From NCBI GenBank assembly GCA_036136835.1, contig JAZABS010000049.1:1-47874 (forward strand): a stretch of 47,874 nt of DNA. Direction: 5' to 3'. The notes beneath the pieces were generated by a model. That model had not been told where the DNA came from and searched no databases. It saw only the letters and a program-made list of their open reading frames with translations. The DNA is from Bacteroidota bacterium. GTDB taxonomy: Bacteria > Bacteroidota > Bacteroidia > Flavobacteriales > Flavobacteriaceae. Within the stretch, counting starts at the first letter, position 1. The number at the start of each line of letters is the position of its first letter. Positions 17,900 to 27,603 of the stretch are shown here, one piece after another. A program made the position numbers and the translations under genes.

Positions 17900-18373
17900 A
17901 TGAGTAAGGTTTCATACTATACTGAAGATGGTTTAAAAAAACTAAGAGAGGAACTCAATAATTTAAAGGATATTGAGAGACCTAAAATTTCTAATGCTAT
18001 TGCTGAAGCTAGAGATAAGGGAGATTTAAGTGAAAATGCAGAATATGACGCAGCAAAAGAAGCACAAGGGATGTTAGAAATGAAAATTTCAAAATTAGAA
18101 GAAACATTGGCAGGTGCTAGAATAATTGATGAATCTCAGTTAGATACTTCTAAAGTTTTAGTCTTATCAAAAGTTAAGATTAAAAATGAAGCTAATGGTA
18201 TGGAAATGGATTATATGATTGTTGCAGATGGAGAGGCTGACTTAGCTTCAGGAAAATTATCAGTTAATTCTCCAATAGGAAAAGGCTTATTAGGAAAATC
18301 AGTTGGCGATATAGCTGAAATTAGTGTTCCAAATGGAAAAATAAGATTTAAAATTTTAGAAATTTCTAGATAA
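17900..18373 (+). CDS. greA: transcription elongation factor GreA
   Basis: Coiled-coil N-terminus with DLSENAEYDAAKEAQ, a C-terminal FKBP-like domain, 157 aa. Confidence 0.95.
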   Translation: MSKVSYYTEDGLKKLREELNNLKDIERPKISNAIAEARDKGDLSENAEYDAAKEAQGMLEMKISKLEETLAGARIIDESQLDTSKVLVLSKVKIKNEANGMEMDYMIVADGEADLASGKLSVNSPIGKGLLGKSVGDIAEISVPNGKIRFKILEISR

Positions 18374-18772
18374 ATGCCCTCAATATTTTCAAAAATTGTA
18401 TCTGGCGAAATTCCTTGTTATAAGATTGCTGAAAATGATAAATTTTTAGCATTTTTAGACATATTCCCAAACACAAAAGGTCATACTCTTTGCATTCCTA
18501 AGAATGAAGTAGATGATTTCCTTGATCTAGATCCAGAACTATTCAAAGAATTAGTTGGTTTTTCAAGGAATGTAGCATTAGCTATTAAAAAAACCATTCC
18601 ATGTGAAAAAGTTGCTTTATCAATTGTGGGATTAGAAGTTCCCCATGTTCATATACATCTAATACCAATTACTTCAATTAACGATGTAACATTTATAAAC
18701 AAAGTAAAATTAGAGAAAGAAGAATTTGTATCTATAGCTAATAATATTGCATCAGCTTATAGTTCTCTTTAA
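18374..18772 (+). CDS. HIT family protein
   Basis: Histidine triad HVHIHLIP. The ATG immediately follows the greA stop. Confidence 0.9.
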   Translation: MPSIFSKIVSGEIPCYKIAENDKFLAFLDIFPNTKGHTLCIPKNEVDDFLDLDPELFKELVGFSRNVALAIKKTIPCEKVALSIVGLEVPHVHIHLIPITSINDVTFINKVKLEKEEFVSIANNIASAYSSL

Positions 18773-19897
18773 TTGAATTTTTATTGTTGTTCCCTCCCCA
18801 ACTTTTGATGAAACAACACCTATTAAGCCTTTATGATAGTCCTCTATTATTCTTTTAGACAAAGAAAGTCCTAGTCCCCAACCTCTTTTCTTAGATGTAT
18901 ATCCAGGATCAAATATCCTATTAAAATATTTTTTTTCGATTCCACTTCCTGTATCCTTTATTAATATATCAGTCAGTAATGTTGTGGTATTTATTTCAAT
19001 AATAATTTTCCCTGATCCTTTCATTGAATCAATACTATTTTTTATTAGATTTTCTATTGTCCAACTAAATAGCTGTGAATTTAATAGTGCAATAATTTTT
19101 TCTTTTGGTTTTATAAATTCAAAGTGAATTGAATTAGAGGATCTACTTTTCATATACTCTATAGTAGACTCAGTTTCTGAGATAATATCTTTTTTTTCAA
19201 GAGTTGGTACTGAGCCAATATTACTAAATCTTTCGGTTATAATGTTTAGCCTCTTAATGTCTTTCTGAATTTCATCAATATAGCTCTTATCAATATTTTT
19301 TTGTTTTAAAATTTCAATCCAACCCATAATTGAAGATAGAGGTGTAGCTATTTGGTGAGCAGTTTCTTTAGCCATTCCTGACCATAGTTTATTTAAAGCT
19401 GCTGTTCTAGAGCTTCTGTAAAAGAAATAAACCACAGATCCAAAAAGAACAACAATTAGTAAAAGTGCCAATGGGTAATATTTTAGTTTATTTATAACGG
19501 TTGAATTACCATAGTAAAGCGTTGATAATAACTCATTATCATACTTAATTTCAATTGGTTTATTTTCTCTAGAGAATTTTTTAATTAATCCATCAACTAA
19601 TAAGGAGTCCAAAGGATTAAAATCTTGGATATTATTGTGCTCTATACTTCCATCATTGTTTACTTTAATCATTGGTGTTGAAGTGTTTTGCCTTAAGATA
19701 TCTAATGTTAATGGTGATATCTTATCTTCATTTGAATTAATTAGTTCAATTTGAGCTTTAGACCAAATTTCCATTTTTATTCTTTCCTCACTTTTAAAAT
19801 TTTGAAAGAAAATGTATGTATTCCAAAGAATCGATGAAATAATAATAAAGGAGCCCAAAATTATAGACCATCTAATAAGATTAGTTTTATCCCCCAT
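18752..19897 (-). CDS. sensor histidine kinase (orphan)
   Basis: Two TM segments flanking a periplasmic region, H-box ETAHQIATPLSSI, and N/G boxes (NSIDS, DTGSGI, GWGLGLS). No response regulator is adjacent. Confidence 0.85.
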   Translation of the reverse strand: MGDKTNLIRWSIILGSFIIISSILWNTYIFFQNFKSEERIKMEIWSKAQIELINSNEDKISPLTLDILRQNTSTPMIKVNNDGSIEHNNIQDFNPLDSLLVDGLIKKFSRENKPIEIKYDNELLSTLYYGNSTVINKLKYYPLALLLIVVLFGSVVYFFYRSSRTAALNKLWSGMAKETAHQIATPLSSIMGWIEILKQKNIDKSYIDEIQKDIKRLNIITERFSNIGSVPTLEKKDIISETESTIEYMKSRSSNSIHFEFIKPKEKIIALLNSQLFSWTIENLIKNSIDSMKGSGKIIIEINTTTLLTDILIKDTGSGIEKKYFNRIFDPGYTSKKRGWGLGLSLSKRIIEDYHKGLIGVVSSKVGEGTTIKIQLKRTIS

Positions 19898-20032
19898 TAT
19901 ATATAAATTAAGAATCCTAAATATAGTGAGATTAAATCAAAATAAAGTATGGATTAATTTGCAAATAATTACTAATCTTTACTTTAGATTATTAAATTTG
20001 TCAATTCATATATTAATTAGAAAATAAAATAG

Positions 20033-20407
20033 ATGGAAGTTCAGGGTAAAATTAAATTAGTGGGGGACATACAAGAGATAACGGATAGTTTTAGTAAAAG
20101 AGAATTAGTAATTGTAACACAAGAACAATATCCTCAAACATTATGTGTAGAATTTGTGCAGGATAAAATGAGTTTACTAGACGATTTTCAAGAAGGACAA
20201 GAAGTCAAAATAGGAATTAATCTTAGGGGAAGAGAATGGAAAAATCCAGAAGGAAAAATTAAGTATTTTACCTCTCTTCAGGGTTGGAGAATTGAGAATC
20301 TTCAAAATGAAGTTCCGAATAATGATCAACCTGGACTAGATTCATTAAGCCCATTTGAACCGGCTGATGATGTAAATAAAGAGGATCTTGATGATCTTCC
20401 TTTTTAG
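20033..20407 (+). CDS. DUF3127-like OB-fold protein with SSB-type C-terminal tip
   Basis: 124 aa. The N-terminal about 90 aa matches the Bacteroidota DUF3127 pattern (F.KRE.V......YPQ...VEF.QDK...LD....G..V....NL.GREW). This is followed by an acidic linker ending EDLDDLPF. Confidence 0.7.
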   Translation: MEVQGKIKLVGDIQEITDSFSKRELVIVTQEQYPQTLCVEFVQDKMSLLDDFQEGQEVKIGINLRGREWKNPEGKIKYFTSLQGWRIENLQNEVPNNDQPGLDSLSPFEPADDVNKEDLDDLPF

Positions 20408-20436
20408 ATCTGTTTGTATAAGTAACAGATATTTTT
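20408..20436 (+). terminator. rho-independent terminator after the DUF3127 gene
   Basis: 7-bp stem atctgtt/aacagat with a 9-nt loop, followed by aTTTTT, starting directly after the stop codon. Confidence 0.6.
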
Positions 20437-20457
20437 CAGACTTAATTTTAGACATAA

Positions 20458-21267
20458 ATGTTAAATGAAGGTGATTTATTGTTATTTGATGATAGGGAGA
20501 ATTTTTTAAAGACTTTAAAAAAGAAACTCCCATCAAAAAAATATAATAAAATTTTAGATAGGGTAAATTATAATAATGAATTATTGTTTTTACAATCTAA
20601 ACTTGTTGATCTTCAAAATTATATTAAGAATGAAAAGTTAAGAGTTTGTATAATCTTTGAGGGAAGAGATGCTGCTGGAAAAGGAGGAGCAATCAAACGT
20701 TTTGCTCAACATCTTAATCCAAGAAATTCAAGAATTGTTGCTCTACCTGAACCAACTTTAGAAGAGAAAGGTCAATGGTATTTTAGAAGATATATAAGGA
20801 TGATGCCTAACCCTGGTGAAATTGTTTTTTTTGATAGAAGCTGGTATAATAGAGCCGTTGTTGAGCCTGTTATGGGATTCTGTTCCTCTAGTGAATATAA
20901 CTCATTTATGTCAGCGGTAAATGAATTTGAAAAAATGCTGATAGAGGATGAAGTTCATATAATAAAATTTTGGTTTTCAATTTCAAAGTCAGAACAAAAA
21001 AGACGGTTTATAAAAAGGATTACAAACCCCTTAAAATCTTGGAAATTTAGCAATGTAGACTTGGAAAGTCAGAATAAATGGGACTTATATACAAAGTACA
21101 AGAAAAAAATGTTTAATAAAACTAGCACAGCTTATTCCCCGTGGATAAATATTAAAAGTAATAGTAAATTGAGGGCAAGAATTGAATCCATAAAGTATGT
21201 TTTATCAAGATTTGAAATATCTAAAAGTAATATTAAAGTCGACGATACAATTATAAGCTCTATATAA
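20458..21267 (+). CDS. ppk2: polyphosphate kinase 2 family protein (paralog 1)
   Basis: Walker A FEGRDAAGKGG, FDRSWYNRA lid motif, 269 aa single-domain PPK2. Confidence 0.9.
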   Translation: MLNEGDLLLFDDRENFLKTLKKKLPSKKYNKILDRVNYNNELLFLQSKLVDLQNYIKNEKLRVCIIFEGRDAAGKGGAIKRFAQHLNPRNSRIVALPEPTLEEKGQWYFRRYIRMMPNPGEIVFFDRSWYNRAVVEPVMGFCSSSEYNSFMSAVNEFEKMLIEDEVHIIKFWFSISKSEQKRRFIKRITNPLKSWKFSNVDLESQNKWDLYTKYKKKMFNKTSTAYSPWINIKSNSKLRARIESIKYVLSRFEISKSNIKVDDTIISSI

Positions 21268-21270
21268 AAA

Positions 21271-22077
21271 ATGAAAGGAAATCTATCAAGTAAGGATATA
21301 AAAATATTGAATTCTAATAAGGCATTAGTTAACTTAATTAGTCGACCTAATACTTCTATTTCTAAAACAATTAAATATGTAAAGTATGAATTGGAATTAA
21401 AGAGGTTACAAGCTGAAATGATTAAATTGCAGAATTGGGTATATGAAAATAGAAAAAAAGTTGTGATAATTTATGAGGGTAGAGATGCCGCAGGAAAAGG
21501 TGGTGCAATAAGAAGAGCAGTTGAACATCTTAATCCTAGGAGATTGAAGGTAATAGCCCTTCCAAGACCAAATAAGTCACAAACTTCCCAATGGTATTTT
21601 CAAAGATATATAGAAAAGTTACCCAAGGATGGTAATATGGTATTTTTTGATAGAAGTTGGTATAATAGAGCAGTTGTTGAGCCAGTTAATAAATTTTGCA
21701 CTGAAGATGAATACAAAATATTTATGTCTCAGGTAAATGAATTTGAAAAAATGTTAGTTGATTCAGATTTCTATTTATTGAAATTTTACTTTTCTATAAA
21801 TAAAAATATTCAAGATAAAAGGTTTAATGAAATCAAAAATAGCCCTATAAAAAGATGGAAATATACTGCGGTTGATAAAAAAGCCCAAAGATTGTGGGAA
21901 GAATATACTTATTATAAAGATATCATGTTTGACAAAACTAATACAGAATTTTGTCCTTGGCATGTTGTTGAAGCTAATAAAAAAATATTTGCAAGAACTA
22001 AAGCCATTCAATTGATTCTAGACAATATTCCTTATGATAAGAATTACAAAATATTAAAGAAAAATATAAAGTTTTAG
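21271..22077 (+). CDS. ppk2: polyphosphate kinase 2 family protein (paralog 2)
   Basis: YEGRDAAGKGG and FDRSWYNRAVVEPV, 268 aa. It starts 3 nt after paralog 1. Confidence 0.9.
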   Translation: MKGNLSSKDIKILNSNKALVNLISRPNTSISKTIKYVKYELELKRLQAEMIKLQNWVYENRKKVVIIYEGRDAAGKGGAIRRAVEHLNPRRLKVIALPRPNKSQTSQWYFQRYIEKLPKDGNMVFFDRSWYNRAVVEPVNKFCTEDEYKIFMSQVNEFEKMLVDSDFYLLKFYFSINKNIQDKRFNEIKNSPIKRWKYTAVDKKAQRLWEEYTYYKDIMFDKTNTEFCPWHVVEANKKIFARTKAIQLILDNIPYDKNYKILKKNIKF

Positions 22078-22763
22078 CCTAAAACATTCTCTATAAAATC
22101 TTCAACTTTATATGCATCTTTGACTGAATGTTTCCCAATTTCAGTTCTTTTTAACATTGAAAGGTATCCTCCAGAATTTAACCTTTCTCCAAAGTCATTA
22201 GCGATTGACCTTATATATGTTCCTTTGCTACATAATATTTCAAAATGAATATTTGGGATTTCAATAGCTATAATATTAAACTCTAAAATTTGAATTTTCC
22301 TAGATTTAATTTCAACTTTTTCTCCAGCTCTAGCATATTTGTAAAGCCTTTTTCCATCCTTTTTTATGGCAGAGTATATAGGAGGTTTTTGATTATTAGA
22401 TCCAATAAAACTATTTGCTTGTTTTAATATCATTTCATCATTAATATGATTTATTGGATATGTTTTGTCAATTTCTGTTTCACAATCATATGATGGAGTT
22501 GTTGCCCCTAATGTAATAGTCCCAGTATATTTTTTGTTTAAAATACTGAGTGTATCTATTTTCTTTGTCATTTTACCTGTGCATAAAATTAGAAGACCTG
22601 TAGCAAGAGGATCTAATGTGCCGGCATGGCCTACTTTTATTTTATTTATTGAGAATTTTTTTTTTATTGCATATCTAATTTTGTTCACTACATCAAATGA
22701 TGACCATCCTTCATCCTTATTTATTAATATTATTTCTCCTGAGATTAAATCGTTTATATCCAT
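22074..22763 (-). CDS. truB: tRNA pseudouridine(55) synthase
   Basis: HAGTLDPLATGLL catalytic Asp motif. I prefer the start MDINDLISGEI (ATG at 22763-22761, overlapping the uppP stop as TAATG) over the longer ORF in the track. Confidence 0.9.
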   Translation of the reverse strand: MDINDLISGEIILINKDEGWSSFDVVNKIRYAIKKKFSINKIKVGHAGTLDPLATGLLILCTGKMTKKIDTLSILNKKYTGTITLGATTPSYDCETEIDKTYPINHINDEMILKQANSFIGSNNQKPPIYSAIKKDGKRLYKYARAGEKVEIKSRKIQILEFNIIAIEIPNIHFEILCSKGTYIRSIANDFGERLNSGGYLSMLKRTEIGKHSVKDAYKVEDFIENVLG

Positions 22764-23554
22764 TAATAAGAAGAAATTATTATTGATAATACTCCAACAA
22801 TTATACAATATCCACTAAAGATAATTAAGCTATTGTTTTTAACAATCTTTAGCATTAGCTTACATGCAAATAATCCGGTTATAAATGCACTTAAAAAACC
22901 AAATATGTATATTGAATAATCTATATTATTGAATATTACATTACTACTAAACAAATCTTTAATTATTTTACCAAAAATTAATGGAATTACCATTAGAAAT
23001 GAAAATTTTGCTGTCTCATTTTTCTTATTACCTAAAAGTAATGAAGTACATATTGTTGCCCCTGATCTAGAAATTCCAGGTATCATTGCAAATGCCTGTG
23101 ATATACCAATTATCAATGAATGTAAGTATGAAATATCTCTTTTAGTTTCCTTACTCATTTTGGTAAGCAATAAAAGTATTCCTGTAATTATTAGCATTGA
23201 GCCAACTAATGAAATATTTCCGGTGAAAAATAACTCAATTTCTTTTTCAAAAAACAAACCAATAAGTACTGCTGGAATCATCGAGACAACTATTTTAAGT
23301 AAGTATTTATGATTTGAATTGAATGAATTTGAAATCGTCCCCTTCAATAGCTCCATTATATCTTCTTTAAAAATAATAATTGTGCTAAGTGCTGTTGCAA
23401 AATGTAATATTATTGTAAATAATAAATTTTCAGTAGCTAATAAATCAGCATTAAGGACTTCTCTTCCAATTTCTAGATGACCACTAGATGAAACTGGAAG
23501 AAATTCGGTTAACCCTTGGATGATACCTAAAATAATAGCATCTACTATATCCAT
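22763..23554 (-). CDS. uppP: undecaprenyl-diphosphate phosphatase
   Basis: BacA/UppP motifs GLTEFLPVSSSGH and PGISRSG, 8 TM, 263 aa. Confidence 0.9.
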   Translation of the reverse strand: MDIVDAIILGIIQGLTEFLPVSSSGHLEIGREVLNADLLATENLLFTIILHFATALSTIIIFKEDIMELLKGTISNSFNSNHKYLLKIVVSMIPAVLIGLFFEKEIELFFTGNISLVGSMLIITGILLLLTKMSKETKRDISYLHSLIIGISQAFAMIPGISRSGATICTSLLLGNKKNETAKFSFLMVIPLIFGKIIKDLFSSNVIFNNIDYSIYIFGFLSAFITGLFACKLMLKIVKNNSLIIFSGYCIIVGVLSIIISSY

Positions 23555-23799
23555 TATTGTTTTTTATCAGAATTTAAAATTGCATAGACTTGTATGGCTA
23601 ATCCTATGATTACAAGTAGTGGTGCTACCTTTATTCTTCTAAAATTATAGATTTCATAATTAAAAATATTTGGATCAGTGCTTCCTCCGCCAGACATCAT
23701 GACATAACCAATTATTATGAAAATTATTCCAATACAGCTGATTAAATAGTTCTTCTTTGCAAATAATAATTCTTTATTAAAGGGTTTTTTATTTTTCAT
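23554..23799 (-). CDS. small membrane protein (DUF3098-like)
   Basis: 81 aa with two TM helices, in the conserved Bacteroidota position between ftsX and uppP. Confidence 0.55.
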   Translation of the reverse strand: MKNKKPFNKELLFAKKNYLISCIGIIFIIIGYVMMSGGGSTDPNIFNYEIYNFRRIKVAPLLVIIGLAIQVYAILNSDKKQ

Positions 23800-23800
23800 A

Positions 23801-24676
23801 TTAGAAATTAAATTTTTCAGTATTAAGATTTAATATATTTTGTGTAGCAAAGTAAGTGCTAACTCCACTAATAATTACTCCTAAAACTATAATAAGAACA
23901 AATAATATAGCTAATAACATTGTGTTTATCATTTCAAGCAATAATATGTTTTGGTTAAGATAAAAAATAAGGCCTCCCAAAGCTAGTGATGAAATAATTG
24001 AACTTATTATACTTAGTTGTATATTTTTCATGATAAATGGAAGTCTAATAAAATGTTTAGTTGCACCAACCATTTGCATTGTTTTAATTGTATGTCTATT
24101 TGAGAAAATAGAAAGCCTTATTGAACTATTAATAATTAAGAAGGATATTAATGTAAAGACTATGGATATTGGAAGAATCCAATATGTAATTTTATTAAGA
24201 TTTTTATTCATAACTGAAATTAGATCTCTATCATAAATAACTTCATCAACAAATTTATTTTCTAATATTTTATTTGAAATACTATCCAAAACTCTATTAT
24301 TAATATATTCTGATTTTAAATTTATATCAATTGAATTAACTAATGGATTATATCCAATATCATCAATAAAATCTTCCCCATATTCTTCCTTCATAAATAT
24401 AGCAGCTTCGTCTTTAGAAATAAATGTGATATTCTTTATATAGTCAGACATTGTTAAACTATTCTTTAATTGATTGATTTCAACATTTTTTATATCTTCT
24501 TTCAGATATATTGAAACAGTCAATTTTTCCTTAAAAGAATTTCCTACAGATTTAATACTAATAGCAGAGAGGCCTAAGACACCAAACAGGAATAATACTA
24601 TTGAAATTATTATAATAACTGAGATATATGATGAAAATAATCTTTTTTTCTGGAATTCTTCAAACTGTTGATCCAT
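23801..24676 (-). CDS. ftsX: cell division protein FtsX-like permease
   Basis: 291 aa. One N-terminal TM, an extracytoplasmic domain and three C-terminal TMs (FtsX/ABC3 permease layout). Confidence 0.8.
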   Translation of the reverse strand: MDQQFEEFQKKRLFSSYISVIIIISIVLFLFGVLGLSAISIKSVGNSFKEKLTVSIYLKEDIKNVEINQLKNSLTMSDYIKNITFISKDEAAIFMKEEYGEDFIDDIGYNPLVNSIDINLKSEYINNRVLDSISNKILENKFVDEVIYDRDLISVMNKNLNKITYWILPISIVFTLISFLIINSSIRLSIFSNRHTIKTMQMVGATKHFIRLPFIMKNIQLSIISSIISSLALGGLIFYLNQNILLLEMINTMLLAILFVLIIVLGVIISGVSTYFATQNILNLNTEKFNF

Positions 24677-24779
24677 GCCTTAGAATTTGTAAAGTAAAAA
24701 TAATGAACAAAATCAAATATTTAAAAAGATTTTCTTATAAGAAAATGTAAATTTGTTTAATATCAATTGAAGAAACTGA

Positions 24780-27593
24780 ATGAAATATAATTTCAGATCA
24801 ATAGAAAAGAAATGGCAAAAGTATTGGGCAGACAACAATACTTATCAAACAGGAATTGATTTAGATAGAAAAAAATATTATGTTATGGACATGTTCCCTT
24901 ATCCAAGTGGAGAGGGCTTACATGTGGGACATCCTTTAGGATATATAGCTTCAGATATATACTCTAGGTATAAAAAATTAAAAGGATATAACGTTCTTCA
25001 CCCTCAGGGATATGACAGCTTTGGATTACCAGCAGAACAGTATGCAATTCAAACCGGGCAACATCCAAAAAAGACTACAGATAAAAACATAAATACATAT
25101 AGAAATCAATTAGATAAAATAGGGTTTTCATTTGATTGGTCTAGAGAAATTAAAACTAGTGATCCAGAATATTATAAATGGACACAATGGATATTTATTC
25201 AATTATTTGATTCATATTATTGTAAAATTGATGATGCAGCATCTCCTATATCGGAGTTGATAGAAGAATTTGAACGTAATGGCAATGCTAATGTAAAATC
25301 TGCATGTGATGATGATACTCCTGCTTTTAATGCACAAGAATGGAATGCTTGTAATGAAAAAGAGAAACAAGATATTTTATTGAAGTATCGTTTAGCCTAT
25401 TTAGCAGAATCAGAAGTTAATTGGTGTCCGGAATTAGGGACTGTTTTGGCTAATGATGAAATTGTAAACGGAGTTTCTGAAAGAGGTGGTCACAAAATTG
25501 AAAAAAGATTAATGCTTCAATGGAATATGAGGATTAGTGCTTATGCAGATAGACTATTAAATGATTTAGAAAATATTGATTGGTCAAATTCAATTAAAGA
25601 GACACAAAGAAATTGGATTGGCAAATCAATAGGAGTTTCAATGAAATTTAATGTAATTGATCATGATGAAAATATTGAGGTTTTTACTACTAGGCCAGAT
25701 ACAATATTCGGAGTTAGCTTTATGACTTTAGCTCCTGAACATCAGCTGGTATTAAAAATTTGTACTGATGATCAAAGAAAGGAAGTAGAGGAATATATAG
25801 AATTAGCATGCAATAGAAGTGAGAAAGATCGCCTTTCTGAAGTAAAGAAAATTACTGGAGTTTTTACAGGGGCATATGCTGAACATCCTATTTCAAAAGA
25901 TAAACTTCCTATATGGGTTGGTGATTATGTATTAGCAACCTATGGAACAGGAGCAGTAATGTCAGTACCCTGTGGTGATCAAAGAGATTATGATTTTGCA
26001 AAGTTTTTTGGAATTGACATTCCAAATATTTTTAAAAACAAAAACATCTCAAATGAAGCTTTTACAGATAAAGAAGGGTTTGAATTACAAAACAGCTTAT
26101 TTTTAGATGGCCTTTCTTTTGATGATGCTACTGAATCTATAGTTTCTAGGTTAGAAAACGATAAAATTGGTATTAAAAAAATTAATTATAGACTAAGGGA
26201 TGCAGTTTTTTCTAGACAAAGATATTGGGGAGAACCTTTCCCTATTTACTATGTAAATGGGATCCCTAAAGTGATTGATAAAAAGTATTTGCCAATAACA
26301 CTTCCAGATGTTAAAAAATATCTTCCAACTGATGCTGGAGATCCACCATTAGGTAGGGCAGAAAATTGGGCTTGGGATGAGAAGCAAAATATGATAGTTG
26401 CTACAGATAAAATAGACAATAAGACAGTTTTCCCAATGGAGTTGAATACAATGCCTGGTTGGGCTGGAAGCTCTTGGTATTTTTTAAGATATATTGATCC
26501 TAAGAATCCAAATGAAATTTGTTCCAAAGAATCATTGGAATATTGGTCTAATGTTGATCTATATATTGGAGGCAGTGAACATGCAACAGGTCATCTTTTA
26601 TATTCTAGATTTTGGACTAAATTTTTGTTTGATAGAAAAATAATTCCATTTGATGAACCCTTTAAAAAATTAATTAATCAAGGAATGATTTTGGGTACAA
26701 GTGCAATTATATATAGAATTTCAGGAACAAATAAATATATTTCAAAGGACTTGTTAAAAAATGAGAATATTGAACAAATACATATTGATGTAAGCTTGGT
26801 TAATTTTTCAGATGAGCTAGATATTAATAGATTAAAAAAATGGCAGCCAATGTTTGAGGATGCTGAATTTATTTCTAACAATGGTGTTTTTGTAGTTGAA
26901 AGGAAGGTTGAGAAGATGTCTAAAAGATGGTATAATGTTGTGAATCCTGATCTAATTTGTGAAGATTTTGGTGCAGATAGTTTGAGATTATTTGAAATGT
27001 TTCTAGGACCTTTAGAACAATATAAACCATGGAATACATCTGGAATTGTTGGAACACACAATTTTTTAAAAAAATTATGGAAACTATATATAGATGATAC
27101 TGGGCTAAAGGTAAAAGATATCCCTGCTACAGATGATAATCTAAAAACTTTACATAAAACCATAAAGAAGGTTGATAATGACATTGAGTCTTATTCATTT
27201 AATACTGCTGTTTCAAATTTTATGATTGCAGTAAATGAATTAACTGAACAAAAATGTATAAGCAATGAAATATTATCACCATTATTAATAATATTATCTC
27301 CATATGTGCCGCATATTACTGAAGAATTGTGGAGTTTGCTTGGTAACAATGAGTCTATAACTAAAGAATCATTTCCTTTGTTTGACAGCAAATATTTAGA
27401 AGAACAAAGCAAAATATATCCTATTTCAATTAACGGAAAGGTTAGATTAAGACTAGAATTGTCATTAGATCTGAGTGAAAAAGAAATAGAAGAAATTATT
27501 TTAAATCACGATGATGTTATTGCTAAATTAGATGGAGTTTCTCCAAAACGGGTTATCGTTGTCCCAGGTAAAATCATTAATTTGGTAATATAG
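24780..27593 (+). CDS. leuS: leucine--tRNA ligase
   Basis: PYPSGEGLHVGHP (HIGH), KMSKRW (KMSKS), CP1 editing domain, 937 aa. Confidence 0.97.
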   Translation: MKYNFRSIEKKWQKYWADNNTYQTGIDLDRKKYYVMDMFPYPSGEGLHVGHPLGYIASDIYSRYKKLKGYNVLHPQGYDSFGLPAEQYAIQTGQHPKKTTDKNINTYRNQLDKIGFSFDWSREIKTSDPEYYKWTQWIFIQLFDSYYCKIDDAASPISELIEEFERNGNANVKSACDDDTPAFNAQEWNACNEKEKQDILLKYRLAYLAESEVNWCPELGTVLANDEIVNGVSERGGHKIEKRLMLQWNMRISAYADRLLNDLENIDWSNSIKETQRNWIGKSIGVSMKFNVIDHDENIEVFTTRPDTIFGVSFMTLAPEHQLVLKICTDDQRKEVEEYIELACNRSEKDRLSEVKKITGVFTGAYAEHPISKDKLPIWVGDYVLATYGTGAVMSVPCGDQRDYDFAKFFGIDIPNIFKNKNISNEAFTDKEGFELQNSLFLDGLSFDDATESIVSRLENDKIGIKKINYRLRDAVFSRQRYWGEPFPIYYVNGIPKVIDKKYLPITLPDVKKYLPTDAGDPPLGRAENWAWDEKQNMIVATDKIDNKTVFPMELNTMPGWAGSSWYFLRYIDPKNPNEICSKESLEYWSNVDLYIGGSEHATGHLLYSRFWTKFLFDRKIIPFDEPFKKLINQGMILGTSAIIYRISGTNKYISKDLLKNENIEQIHIDVSLVNFSDELDINRLKKWQPMFEDAEFISNNGVFVVERKVEKMSKRWYNVVNPDLICEDFGADSLRLFEMFLGPLEQYKPWNTSGIVGTHNFLKKLWKLYIDDTGLKVKDIPATDDNLKTLHKTIKKVDNDIESYSFNTAVSNFMIAVNELTEQKCISNEILSPLLIILSPYVPHITEELWSLLGNNESITKESFPLFDSKYLEEQSKIYPISINGKVRLRLELSLDLSEKEIEEIILNHDDVIAKLDGVSPKRVIVVPGKIINLVI

Positions 27594-27603
27594 ATTTACT
27601 TTG

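Noticed and set aside
19812-20027. 71-aa plus-strand ORF spanning the histidine kinase start and the intergenic region
   Set aside because: Half of it is antisense to the kinase N-terminus. The rest is AT-rich spacer that contains the likely DUF3127 promoter element. The composition is Ile/Leu/Asn-rich and looks random.
22465-23312. 117-aa and 127-aa plus-strand ORFs opposite truB and uppP
   Set aside because: They lie entirely inside well-supported minus-strand genes carrying catalytic motifs. Their composition is hydrophobic low-complexity and they have no independent signals.
24677-24779. Looked for T-box or leader structures upstream of leuS (and of tyrS at 34461-34488)
   Set aside because: There is no specifier or T-box motif, and the spacers are too short and unstructured. 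Only a TAAATTTG -7-like element at 24748-24755 is visible.
26678-27184. 168-aa minus-strand ORF, plus 26249-26527 and 27191-27412, inside leuS
   Set aside because: These are antisense shadow ORFs within an uninterrupted, strongly conserved leuS reading frame. Their sequence is low-complexity Ser/Phe/Ile-rich, as is typical of the reverse frame of AT-rich genes.
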